Assembly: GCA_963540065.1 (NCBI GenBank)
Contig: CAUTNK010000008.1
Location: 20,447 to 84,446, forward strand
Length of the DNA: 64,000 nt
Direction: 5' to 3'
Origin: an uncultured Bacteroidia bacterium
Lineage (GTDB): Bacteria > Bacteroidota > Bacteroidia > Bacteroidales > CAJPTX01
Shown: piece after piece, positions 6,965 to 15,504 of the stretch
Numbering within the stretch: the stretch's first letter is position 1
Layout of the letters: every line of letters starts with the position of its first letter
The notes under the pieces: generated by a model
What the model saw: the letters and a program-made list of their open reading frames with translations, nothing else
What the model was told of the DNA's origin: nothing
The model's database searches: none
Translations under genes and position numbers: made by a program

Positions 6965-8857
6965 TTAGCCTTTTGTTTTGAACTGGTCGACCTCGGCACG
7001 TAGGATTTCGGCATGATCGGTAAGTGCAGATCCCCCTGCTGCTAGTTGTTCAGCCACGGCGGCATTTTCTTGCGCGGTATCGCTAAGAGCGGTTACGGCT
7101 GTTGTGATCTGCTGTAGGAAGTCGAGGATACGTTCGCCGTTATCGTTTAGCGCAGTAACGCTAACAATAATCCCGCCCATCATTTTTTGGAGTTCGCCCA
7201 TGGAGTCTATGGTTTCTACCGAGGCTTGCATAGATCTTTGTCCGAGCTCGGTAACTCCTTTAACAATTTCGGCACTTTGTTCTGCCAGATTACGCACCTC
7301 GCCTGCAACAACTGCAAAGCCTTTCCCGTGTTCTCCGGCACGAGCAGCTTCCACCGCCGCATTTAGTGCTAGAATATTTGTTTGCTGCGCAATACCCGTC
7401 AGGAGTTGTTCGTGCTTAACGATATCGCTGAGTCGGTCGTGGGTCTCGTGGACACCCTTGGTAAGGACGACGATGCTTTCGGTAATTTTATCTACGAGGG
7501 TATAAGCCTGATTCAGTTCGTCCTTATCGGTATTGTATATTTCGAGAATACTTGAGCATTGTGCTTGAATTTCCTCGGTGGATGCTGCTTCGTTAGCTGC
7601 CGAATTCGCCACAGCTTCTGAAGAGCTATGAATTTGTACGGATGTATTCGTGAGTTGTTCTGTAGATGCTTGAATTCCTCCGATCATAGATTGGAGCTTT
7701 CGGGTCATATCGTTGAAGTATAGAGCGATTTTCCCGATCTCGTCGGAACGCTTTCCAACTTGTATAGAATTTACAGTAAGATCTCCTTGCGAGATTCGCA
7801 TGATTTCGTTAGTAATCACTTTTATAGGACGCACGAGCCTAGCCACGAGGTATGCAAAAAGCGTTGTAAAAAAGATCGCAAAGGCTAAGGTAAGGAGGAC
7901 CGAGAAGAAGACAGTAGCGTAAATGGGTTTGAAAATCTCGTCCTTAAATACCGTAACATAGAGGAGTACTGGTCGGTTGCTAGTTCCGAAAAAGAAGGGA
8001 GCATAGATTGAAAAGGCGTCTTCGGAATCACGGAATACGCTTTTTTTCATCTGAATGAGCTCTCGTTCTACTTCCGTAAGATCCGGTGCATTGGGAGCTT
8101 GCGGGATGTTAACCCCTTCGGTATCTCGTGATGTAGCAAGTAGTTTGCCACCGGGCGTGTACAGTGCCACACGTGCGAGTCCGTCGATAAGAGCTGTATT
8201 TTGAATCCAGTTGATTACTTGTTCTAACTCGACGTCGACCTCAACCACACCTCGGAATTTTCCGGCAGTAAGGATCGGTTCGGAAAGGGTAAACATGGTA
8301 CGTTTCTTTCCGGCGAGTACGGCATCGTAGGGATCCGTCACATACGTACGTAAAGTACGTTTAGGGTTAAAATACCATGAATCGGGTGTATCTTTCCAGA
8401 AATTAAGGCAGGTATCGCAATATATTTTCCCTTTTGGATCTCTGGCGATGAGTGGTGTATAACGTCCTTGAAAGTTTGATCCGAGCTCACGAATATGCAA
8501 CGAATCTTCGCCATCGAAAGCATTTGGTTCGAAAGCAAGACAGACACCGAGGAGTTCGGGGTTTTGTATCAGTGCGTTTTCGTAGAATTTCATAATATCC
8601 GCACGTAGGTGTGCTGGTAGTTTATCGCTTGTCAGGAATTGGGACATACTTTGCACGAGCCCCACTCCACGACTAAGCTTAATGCTCAGATCCTGATTCA
8701 TCTGTTGTGCCGAAAACAGCACATTGGATTTTGCAGCCTCGTAGCCGCTTTTCATAGATGTGTTGTAAAGGATGACGAGCAGGAGTCCTGCAACAAATGA
8801 CGCGGCAGCCGTTGTAAGACTGACGACTTTAGTAGAGAACGAGATGTCTTTCAGCAT
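6965..8857 (-). CDS. methyl-accepting chemotaxis protein (TM, dCache-like sensor, TM, HAMP, MCP signalling domain)
   Basis: It carries the highly conserved signalling hairpin NILALNAAVEAARAGEHGKGFAVVAGEVRNLAE and a HAMP-like segment after the second TM. The start is set at ATG 8857 (MLKDISF..., TM helix); the ORF is open up to 8953. Confidence 0.85.
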   Translation of the reverse strand: MLKDISFSTKVVSLTTAAASFVAGLLLVILYNTSMKSGYEAAKSNVLFSAQQMNQDLSIKLSRGVGLVQSMSQFLTSDKLPAHLRADIMKFYENALIQNPELLGVCLAFEPNAFDGEDSLHIRELGSNFQGRYTPLIARDPKGKIYCDTCLNFWKDTPDSWYFNPKRTLRTYVTDPYDAVLAGKKRTMFTLSEPILTAGKFRGVVEVDVELEQVINWIQNTALIDGLARVALYTPGGKLLATSRDTEGVNIPQAPNAPDLTEVERELIQMKKSVFRDSEDAFSIYAPFFFGTSNRPVLLYVTVFKDEIFKPIYATVFFSVLLTLAFAIFFTTLFAYLVARLVRPIKVITNEIMRISQGDLTVNSIQVGKRSDEIGKIALYFNDMTRKLQSMIGGIQASTEQLTNTSVQIHSSSEAVANSAANEAASTEEIQAQCSSILEIYNTDKDELNQAYTLVDKITESIVVLTKGVHETHDRLSDIVKHEQLLTGIAQQTNILALNAAVEAARAGEHGKGFAVVAGEVRNLAEQSAEIVKGVTELGQRSMQASVETIDSMGELQKMMGGIIVSVTALNDNGERILDFLQQITTAVTALSDTAQENAAVAEQLAAGGSALTDHAEILRAEVDQFKTKG

Positions 8858-9070
8858 CGTTGTAAAATATTGGAAACCATAAAACGCACCTGTACAAAAG
8901 TAAAAAAAACGTAAGAAATGCGATACTCTATCAGTTAATATCCCCAATCGCATGTAGAGAGAATAGATAGGCTATTTGGGTGTTTTTTTTACTTATGAGA
9001 ACTTAAAAAAAAACTAATTTCGCAAATATTTACTTTCTACAATCTAGTAGAATAAGAGACGTAATAAGGG

Positions 9071-11179
9071 ATGCGAGCGAGTATACAGGTGTGCTTTTTT
9101 ATTAGCCTACTGATTGGTATAACACCTTTTGGAGTATTAGCACAAGAGGCAGATTCAGTACAAGTACACGATCTGGAGGAGGTTGTTGTAGAAGCACAAT
9201 TGCAACGTACCTCAGCGCAATCAACCGTATTTACGCCCACCATGCGCCAAAAGAACTCTGCACAGAATGCAGTAGATCTTCTTCGTAGGCTAGCCATACC
9301 ACAAATAAACATCAATCTGGTAGATAATGCTATTACGACCTCTACCGGTTCGGCTGTTTCGGTATTTATCAATTTTCTCCCCGCTAGGCAGGAAGACCTT
9401 GATGGAGTGTTAACGACTGATGTCCGTCGGGTAGAATACTTGGATTTCCCTGCAGATCCGCGCTTTGAAGGCAAAGAGCATGTCGTTCATTTTATTGTAC
9501 ATAAATACGAATACGGAGGTTATACGAAGCTAAGTGCTCGCGAGAATTTCCTTACAGGACTCTCTAGCACGGTTTCGCTCTATTCAAAATTTACTTACAA
9601 GCGGATGCTTTGGGATCTCTACCTCGGAGCTTTCAATCGGGATCTTAAGCATGTAGGCTCGTCGCGAATCGGGGAGTATTCTCTTCTTAATGGTAGCGGC
9701 GAGAAGGAGTCCGTTACTCGAAGAGAACTAGTAATGAAATCGCAGCATAAAGAGAACACCTATCCGGTTACACTTCGGACAGTATTTGAGACAGACAATA
9801 TCCGAATATCCAACTTGGTAGGTTTTTCTTACAGCGAGGAACCGGTAGCAAAGTCCTCTGGTTTCGTTTCCTACGCACCTGCTCGGATCGACTCCTTTGC
9901 ATTCCTGCGCGAGAACCCGACCCGGCAATACTTTTTCACTTATGGTGGGAATTTTGCTTTTTCGCTTACAAACTCCCTACAACTGAGTGTTAGTCCGTAT
10001 GGCAGTTATGGTCGTGTTACAGATAATACTCTGTACCGTAGCAGTGCCCCTAATACAGCGTCTATTGAAAATAATGCGCAGGACGATCAATACAGATATG
10101 ATATCAGCAGTACCCTTTCTAAAAAAATAGCAACACGCCAACGACTATTTTTTCGAGGATATTATGGTGTCCGTCGGAATAATGTAACGTATACCGGAAA
10201 TACGCCTTACGAGAATAAGTTTATTGCTCGCTTTGCAGGTAGTAGCATTGGCTACAATTTCTCTAACGATACTTGGACACTGCGTAGTGATATTTCGCTA
10301 CAATGGGAAGAGAATCGAATTAATAATCAATCCATTACAAAGATCTATCCGCTTTTTAATATTTCTGCTGGTTTTTCACCATCCTCTCGGCACTCTTTTC
10401 AGACGTACTTTCACTATGGGAGTAATTATCCGGATGCTAGCATAAAGACTCCCAACATTCTAAAAGACAACGAATTACTTTATTTTACTGGGAACTCCCA
10501 AATAGATCTGTCGCGTCAATTCTCCTACAATCTTTCATACCATTGGATACCCAACAATGCATTTTCTAGCTCCCTGTATGGTCAGTATTATGGCGAACTC
10601 AACCTGTACGTCCCTGTATTTAAGCATCACAACCATGGACAAGCTTTGTTGCGAAGCTATAGCAGCGATGCGCAATATCATCGGATAGAGCTTGGGACAT
10701 CGTTAAATTACAAGTTATTAGATGGGAAATTGCAATTTGCAGTATCGCCGTCGATAACATTTTTCCGCATCCTAGGGTATTACGATATGTTCAAGACTCC
10801 TTTCAACATTAACGGTTCGGCTATATACTATCTCTACGATTTTTATTTTCAAGCTGCATACCAAAGCAAATTTTATACGATACAAGGAAATAGAGCTGTC
10901 TATTACGAAGAACGCGACTTTTGGCAGCTGCAAGTAGGCTGGAACAAGAATAACTTTAGTATCCGTTTCAGTGCTAACAATCTGTTTCGAAGCGACTGGT
11001 TAGCTTCTACAGAGAAACTTACAAGTCCGTTGTATAGAGAGACGGTATATCGCGAGAGTGATATCTTCCATCGTCGTCTCAATCTCTCTATTGTCTATAC
11101 CTTCGGATACGGGAAAAAGGTACAACAAAACAACGAGGTCTCGCAACAACAGGGGAACACCTCTGCTATTCTAAAATAG
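9071..11179 (+). CDS. outer-membrane beta-barrel family protein (TonB-dependent-receptor-like plug plus barrel)
   Basis: 702 aa with a signal peptide (...GVLAQE). It has a plug-like segment (AQNAVDLLRRLAIPQININ...TDVRRVEYLDFP) and a long Y/F/N/S-rich alternating barrel region. It has the same architecture as the broken gene at 4112-6356. Confidence 0.65.
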   Translation: MRASIQVCFFISLLIGITPFGVLAQEADSVQVHDLEEVVVEAQLQRTSAQSTVFTPTMRQKNSAQNAVDLLRRLAIPQININLVDNAITTSTGSAVSVFINFLPARQEDLDGVLTTDVRRVEYLDFPADPRFEGKEHVVHFIVHKYEYGGYTKLSARENFLTGLSSTVSLYSKFTYKRMLWDLYLGAFNRDLKHVGSSRIGEYSLLNGSGEKESVTRRELVMKSQHKENTYPVTLRTVFETDNIRISNLVGFSYSEEPVAKSSGFVSYAPARIDSFAFLRENPTRQYFFTYGGNFAFSLTNSLQLSVSPYGSYGRVTDNTLYRSSAPNTASIENNAQDDQYRYDISSTLSKKIATRQRLFFRGYYGVRRNNVTYTGNTPYENKFIARFAGSSIGYNFSNDTWTLRSDISLQWEENRINNQSITKIYPLFNISAGFSPSSRHSFQTYFHYGSNYPDASIKTPNILKDNELLYFTGNSQIDLSRQFSYNLSYHWIPNNAFSSSLYGQYYGELNLYVPVFKHHNHGQALLRSYSSDAQYHRIELGTSLNYKLLDGKLQFAVSPSITFFRILGYYDMFKTPFNINGSAIYYLYDFYFQAAYQSKFYTIQGNRAVYYEERDFWQLQVGWNKNNFSIRFSANNLFRSDWLASTEKLTSPLYRETVYRESDIFHRRLNLSIVYTFGYGKKVQQNNEVSQQQGNTSAILK

Positions 11180-11192
11180 GGTAAGCTGTTCG

Positions 11193-12503
11193 TTAACGTC
11201 CGATTTGCAAATAGGTAAATCCGTCCAGCGCATTCTTATCGAAGACGTTTCTACCATCGATGAGTAGAGGCGTATGCATTAGATGACGTATACGCCTCCA
11301 GTCTGGCATTCGGAACTCCTTCCATTCGGTAACATGAAACAGCACCTGCGCATCCTTTACAGCATCGTACAAATCCGTTGCATAACGCACCGTATTGCCC
11401 ATCAGTTTCTGAGTATTAGGCATCGCTACCGGGTCGTATACCGTAATCGCGCACTGCGCTTCCTGCAAGCGTTTGATGAGCTGTAGTGCGGGTGCTTCGC
11501 GGATGTCGTCGGTTTCAGGCTTAAAAGCTAATCCCCATATAGCCACTCTATAACCTTGTATATTACCGTTGTAATAGGCTTTGAACTTTTGAAATAGTCG
11601 TTCTTTTTGTAGCTCATTCACCTGTTGCACCGTCTTGAGGAGTTGTAGGGGGGCATCGTTTTCTTGTGCAGTTTGTAGCAGAGCGCTTACATCTTTCGGT
11701 AAACAGGATCCTCCGTAACCACATCCTGCATAGAGGAAACGGTTCCCGATTCTGGTATCAGAGCCGATTCCTGCTCGTACATTTGCAATATCTGCTCCTA
11801 CTCGCTCACACAAATTGGCCAGCTCGTTCATGAAGCTAATCCGCGTAGCAAGCATAGCATTTGCGGCATACTTGGTCATTTCAGCCGATGGGATATCCAT
11901 GAAAATAACTCGAAAGTTATTCAGGAGCATGGGTTTGTAGAGCTGTGTCAGGAGTTCCTTAGCTTGTTGTGAATCGGTACCTACGATGACACGATCGGGC
12001 TTCATAAAATCGTCTATCGCAGCTCCTTCTTTCAGGAATTCGGGGTTCGAAGCCACATCAAAGGTTAGGTTTTGTAGTCCGCGAGCTGTTAATTCTTTTT
12101 GAATCGTATCTCGCACCTTTTTTGCTGTACCCACCGGCACTGTACTCTTATTAACAACAAGAATGTAGTTCTGCAGATTTTCGCCTATGATTTTCGCCAC
12201 CTCGATAACTGCTGTTAGGTCGGCAGTCCCGTCGCTATTCATAGGTGTACCAACAGCGATAAAGACTATCTCTACCTCGTGCAGAATAGTTGTAAGGTCG
12301 GTTGTAAAATAGAGACGCTGTGCCTTTACATTTCGTTCTACTAGGCGATCTAGGTTAGGCTCGTAAATTGGGATCCGCTTCTGTTTAAGCGCGTGAATCT
12401 TTTCCGAATCATTGTCGATGCAATATACCGTACTTCCCAACTCTGCAAAGCATGCTCCGGTGACTAATCCAACGTAACCTACCCCGACAATTGCGATTTT
12501 CAT
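11193..12503 (-). CDS. ugd: UDP-glucose 6-dehydrogenase
   Basis: Rossmann motif MKIAIVGVGYVGLV and a catalytic-region GGSCLPKD motif place it in the UDP-glucose/GDP-mannose dehydrogenase family. The start is moved to ATG 12503; the ORF is open to 12527. Confidence 0.88.
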   Translation of the reverse strand: MKIAIVGVGYVGLVTGACFAELGSTVYCIDNDSEKIHALKQKRIPIYEPNLDRLVERNVKAQRLYFTTDLTTILHEVEIVFIAVGTPMNSDGTADLTAVIEVAKIIGENLQNYILVVNKSTVPVGTAKKVRDTIQKELTARGLQNLTFDVASNPEFLKEGAAIDDFMKPDRVIVGTDSQQAKELLTQLYKPMLLNNFRVIFMDIPSAEMTKYAANAMLATRISFMNELANLCERVGADIANVRAGIGSDTRIGNRFLYAGCGYGGSCLPKDVSALLQTAQENDAPLQLLKTVQQVNELQKERLFQKFKAYYNGNIQGYRVAIWGLAFKPETDDIREAPALQLIKRLQEAQCAITVYDPVAMPNTQKLMGNTVRYATDLYDAVKDAQVLFHVTEWKEFRMPDWRRIRHLMHTPLLIDGRNVFDKNALDGFTYLQIGR

Positions 12504-12591
12504 AGCTTTAACAGAATGCGCCAACACAACTGAAGGCGGTAAGAGAAATAACCGCCTTCATGTCAGAAGAAAACTGCATGTCTCATGCAAG

Positions 12592-12662
12592 AGGTATCAA
12601 GCGGATTCGAACCGCTGTACGAGGTTTTGCAGACCTCTGCCTAACCACTCGGCCATGATACC
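12592..12662 (-). tRNA. tRNA-Cys (GCA)
   Basis: The minus strand reads GGTATCA-TG-GCC-GAGTGGTTA-GGC-A-GAGGT-CTGCAAA-ACCTC-GTAC-AGCGG-TTCGAAT-CCGCT-TGATACC-T, a complete cloverleaf with anticodon GCA. Confidence 0.9.
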
Positions 12663-12691
12663 GACAACCATAAATTCGAACTCTAGGTGCA

Positions 12692-12699
12692 CAAAAGTA
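12692..12699 (-). promoter_or_regulatory. possible -7 box (TACTTTTG) for tRNA-Cys
   Basis: The minus strand matches TAnnTTTG 29 nt upstream of the tRNA 5' end. No clear -33 TTTG was seen. Confidence 0.3.
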
Positions 12700-12890
12700 C
12701 AACTTTTTCCTTACTGGAAGAAATGTTAAGTGCGTAAAAATGTTGTCTATACGAAGTATATCTCATAATTCTTCTTTAAGATTTAGCGCTAACTCTTTCA
12801 TTTTCAGTAACTATCAGTTATTCTATATCTTAAACAATTGCTTTAATTTATATTCATAACAAGCTATTAATCAGCAATATATAAGAATAT

Positions 12891-12958
12891 TGCACAATTA
12901 CAGTCGATATAGATTATTGTGGGATTTTTTGTTGTATGTTGCCCTGGCTGCAAAACGC
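12891..12958. repeat. intergenic repeat, copy 3 (module A only)
   Basis: tgcacaattacagtcgatatagattattgtgggattttttgttgtatgttgccctggctgcaaaacgc aligns with 3688-3754, with a few substitutions and a 1-nt T-run indel. Confidence 0.8.
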
Positions 12959-12966
12959 ACAATTAG

Positions 12967-13002
12967 GGGCAAATCTTAGTACAAGATCCGCCCTTTTTTT
13001 TT
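12967..13002 (+). terminator. plus-strand intrinsic terminator directly after repeat module A
   Basis: The hairpin pairs GGGC with GCCC and ATCTT with AAGAT (loop AGTAC) and is followed by T9 (12994-13002). There is no A-run on the left side, so it is oriented for the plus strand. Confidence 0.55.
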
Positions 13003-13033
13003 CGCGCTTATAAAAACCAGATACTAATGCCTA

Positions 13034-15142
13034 TTAATATTTTAGTACCGAATATACTTTTGTAGTGCCGTTGGGGGTTGTTAGATGCAAGAGATAAATA
13101 CCAGCTGCTAAATTTTCGGTATTAAGTATCGTTTCGGTATCTTGCAAATCACCAGAACGAACTACAAGACCATTGGCATTTATAAGTTCGTAACGGGCAT
13201 TTATAGCCTCACTGTTGCTGATTCTTAGCTGAGTAGAGAAGGGATTAGGGGTTACAAAAATACTAGCAAATATCACATCTGCTACGGCATTCGGTTCGGG
13301 GGCAGGAGGATTCGGATTATTGGATTTCCCTTCCTGTTTTAACGAGACAACTTGTTTGATATCGGTATCCTTTACCAAAAAAGTAAGGTTTGTGTTACGC
13401 TCGGCGCCAGTATTCGCATCTGCCTTGATAGTAACTTTTGTAGTGCCAGCTGGTCCCACTTTCTTTTCTATAGGAAACCATTCTGTATTAGAACTGGTAA
13501 CAGTCCACTCGCCAGTACTTTCTACGGTAAAGTAATTTTCTTTGGTCTCCCCTGCCATGGGGAAAGTGTAACCAGCAGCTGGTGTCACCGAAATAGACGC
13601 CCCAGTTTGCTTCAATGTTACTATCTGCTTCACATTCTCGTGGTCTTTTAGCGTAAAAGTCAGTTCGGTCATACGTTCAGCACCGGTATTCTTTTCGGCT
13701 TTAAGGATAACCTGCGAGAGGCCAGAATTGCCCGATATAGATTCTACGGGATTCCATGCAGCGTTGGAGTTAGTTATAGTCCATGCTCCGGAACTTTCAA
13801 CAGTGAGCTTCTTGCTCGCGCCCTCTATGGGGAATGTATAGTCTGTTGGAGCCACGGAAATGAATAACGAGGGTCGTTTTTCTTGCGAAAGGATAAGGAC
13901 TTGTTTGATGTTGGGATCGGAATTGAGCACAAAAGTCAATGCATTTTTTCTATAGTTATTATTCGTGTTGGGGGTAGCTGTGATGGTTATCTGAGTTGCG
14001 GAGTTGCCTTCCTTTGGGGCTACTGTGAGCCAATCGGGTAGAGGAGTTGTTTCGTCTAATTTCCAATGTCCTGTGCTGGTAACAGTCGTTTGCCATTCGC
14101 CGCTTTGATACGAGAATGGGTTAGGGAGCGTTGCTGGTGTGAATGTAAGTGCATATGCAGAACCGCAGGTTTGTTTACCTGTAATACCTTCGATATCGCT
14201 TTTATTTTTCCAATATTGTATTAGCCAATTTTTTGCATCGGTAATTGTTTTGCTAGTAGATTTTGTTAGGAGTTCGTCCAATGCATCGCCATTATTATTT
14301 ACGGGATAAATGCTTCCTTTTCCCAATTGGGGTCGTTGGGGGAGCTGGCAATAGATATTGTTGAGTGTACTTGTAGAAAAGTTGTTGCCGTAGATAACTA
14401 TGTTTTGTAGATTCGGATTTCCCTTTATATCTAAACTCACTAACTGATTATTATTGCAAAATAATCTCATTAAGTCCTTGGACTTTGTTAAATCTAATGT
14501 TGTAAGCAAATTATCTGCACAATTCAAGTTATCTAACTCCTCGCACGCACTTATATCTAATTCCGTAAGCTGATTAGCAGCACAGTCTAAAACTTTCAGT
14601 TCCTTATTTTTTGTTACATCCAACGTAGTAAGCACATTAGAAAAACACCCTAGTTGTCTCAATACTTTATTTTCTGTTACATCTAAACTCGTTAAACGAT
14701 TCTCACCGCAAACTAACGTTTGCAGCGATTTATTGGCTTTCACATCCAACGTAACCAACTGGTTATCAGAACAAATTAAAGAAAACAATATTGTATTTGC
14801 CCTCGGATCTAAATCCGTAAGCAAATCTCCATTTTCATAACATGCAAATTGGTCAAGAGCTCCATAAACTTTAATTTCGGTTCCTATTGCTTCGTATTGA
14901 CGCTGATTATGTTTCAAATACTCTGGTGCGAGTTCTTTTTTCTCATCCTTAACTCCCGCGACCCTTACCCATGTATTGGCTGTACTAGCAGCAAATTCTA
15001 ATTTTATCTTAGCTCCGTGTTTTACAGTGAGCGTAATCCACTTACTCTCGTCTACCTTCCCTTCTTCAGCTCGCACCGATGCCAAATCCAAACTAAAAAA
15101 CAAAGCAAAGCATAAAACACCAAAAATTAACGACCTCATCAT
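13034..15142 (-). CDS. T9SS-secreted surface protein: leucine-rich repeats, three BACON-like domains and a C-terminal sorting domain
   Basis: It has a signal peptide and an LRR array (LTTLDVTKNKELKVLDCAANQLTELDIS...). Three ~85-aa repeats (WL/WNP...G..T...I.A..NTGAER...LTF) follow, and it ends in a Por_Secre_tail-like segment (VTPNPFSTQLRI...AGIYLLHL...). Confidence 0.8.
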   Translation of the reverse strand: MMRSLIFGVLCFALFFSLDLASVRAEEGKVDESKWITLTVKHGAKIKLEFAASTANTWVRVAGVKDEKKELAPEYLKHNQRQYEAIGTEIKVYGALDQFACYENGDLLTDLDPRANTILFSLICSDNQLVTLDVKANKSLQTLVCGENRLTSLDVTENKVLRQLGCFSNVLTTLDVTKNKELKVLDCAANQLTELDISACEELDNLNCADNLLTTLDLTKSKDLMRLFCNNNQLVSLDIKGNPNLQNIVIYGNNFSTSTLNNIYCQLPQRPQLGKGSIYPVNNNGDALDELLTKSTSKTITDAKNWLIQYWKNKSDIEGITGKQTCGSAYALTFTPATLPNPFSYQSGEWQTTVTSTGHWKLDETTPLPDWLTVAPKEGNSATQITITATPNTNNNYRKNALTFVLNSDPNIKQVLILSQEKRPSLFISVAPTDYTFPIEGASKKLTVESSGAWTITNSNAAWNPVESISGNSGLSQVILKAEKNTGAERMTELTFTLKDHENVKQIVTLKQTGASISVTPAAGYTFPMAGETKENYFTVESTGEWTVTSSNTEWFPIEKKVGPAGTTKVTIKADANTGAERNTNLTFLVKDTDIKQVVSLKQEGKSNNPNPPAPEPNAVADVIFASIFVTPNPFSTQLRISNSEAINARYELINANGLVVRSGDLQDTETILNTENLAAGIYLLHLTTPNGTTKVYSVLKY

Positions 15143-15442
15143 AATTTATATCCTTATCAACTATTTTCTATTCGCTTGTAGCAACAGAGTATTTCACTCT
15201 ACCAAGGAGTAAGAGGATCAAAACTTATGCCAATGCTGTACAAAAAAAAAATATGGTAGTATCTGAAAAAGTGTGTAAGGTTGTTCTCGTTCATGCGCCT
15301 AGCGAGGGGATCTTTCTTAGCACCGTAGCGGAAAGCATAGGACGAGAACAAAGGTATCCAATCCTTAAAAATTGCAATCGGTCGAGCGTAAGTAATGTCA
15401 GCAGAGAATGTATAACGCTCCTAGAATGCCACAATTCCCTGC

Positions 15443-15476
15443 AAAAAAGTAAGGCTCCGGTTTCCCGAAGCCTTAC
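15443..15476 (-). terminator. intrinsic terminator downstream of the 15505-16812 gene
   Basis: The minus strand has stems GTAAGGCT and AGCCTTAC (8 bp) followed by TTTTTT (forward A-run 15443-15448). Confidence 0.6.
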
Positions 15477-15504
15477 TACAAATACATTCAAAAAAATACT
15501 TACA

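Noticed and set aside
8858-8953. Upstream extensions of several ORFs: MCP to 8953, rpoB to 25077, ugd to 12527, groL to 54767, rpsU to 31867, and mltG, the SPOR gene and GT90 with TTG/GTG starts.
   Set aside because: The conserved family N-termini or signal/TM segments begin at the internal ATG codons. The extensions use non-ATG starts or add non-homologous residues.
9037-9474. A 145-aa minus-strand ORF overlapping the start of the barrel-protein gene.
   Set aside because: It is antisense to a gene with a clear signal peptide and plug domain, and its translation is Ser/Arg/Cys-rich.
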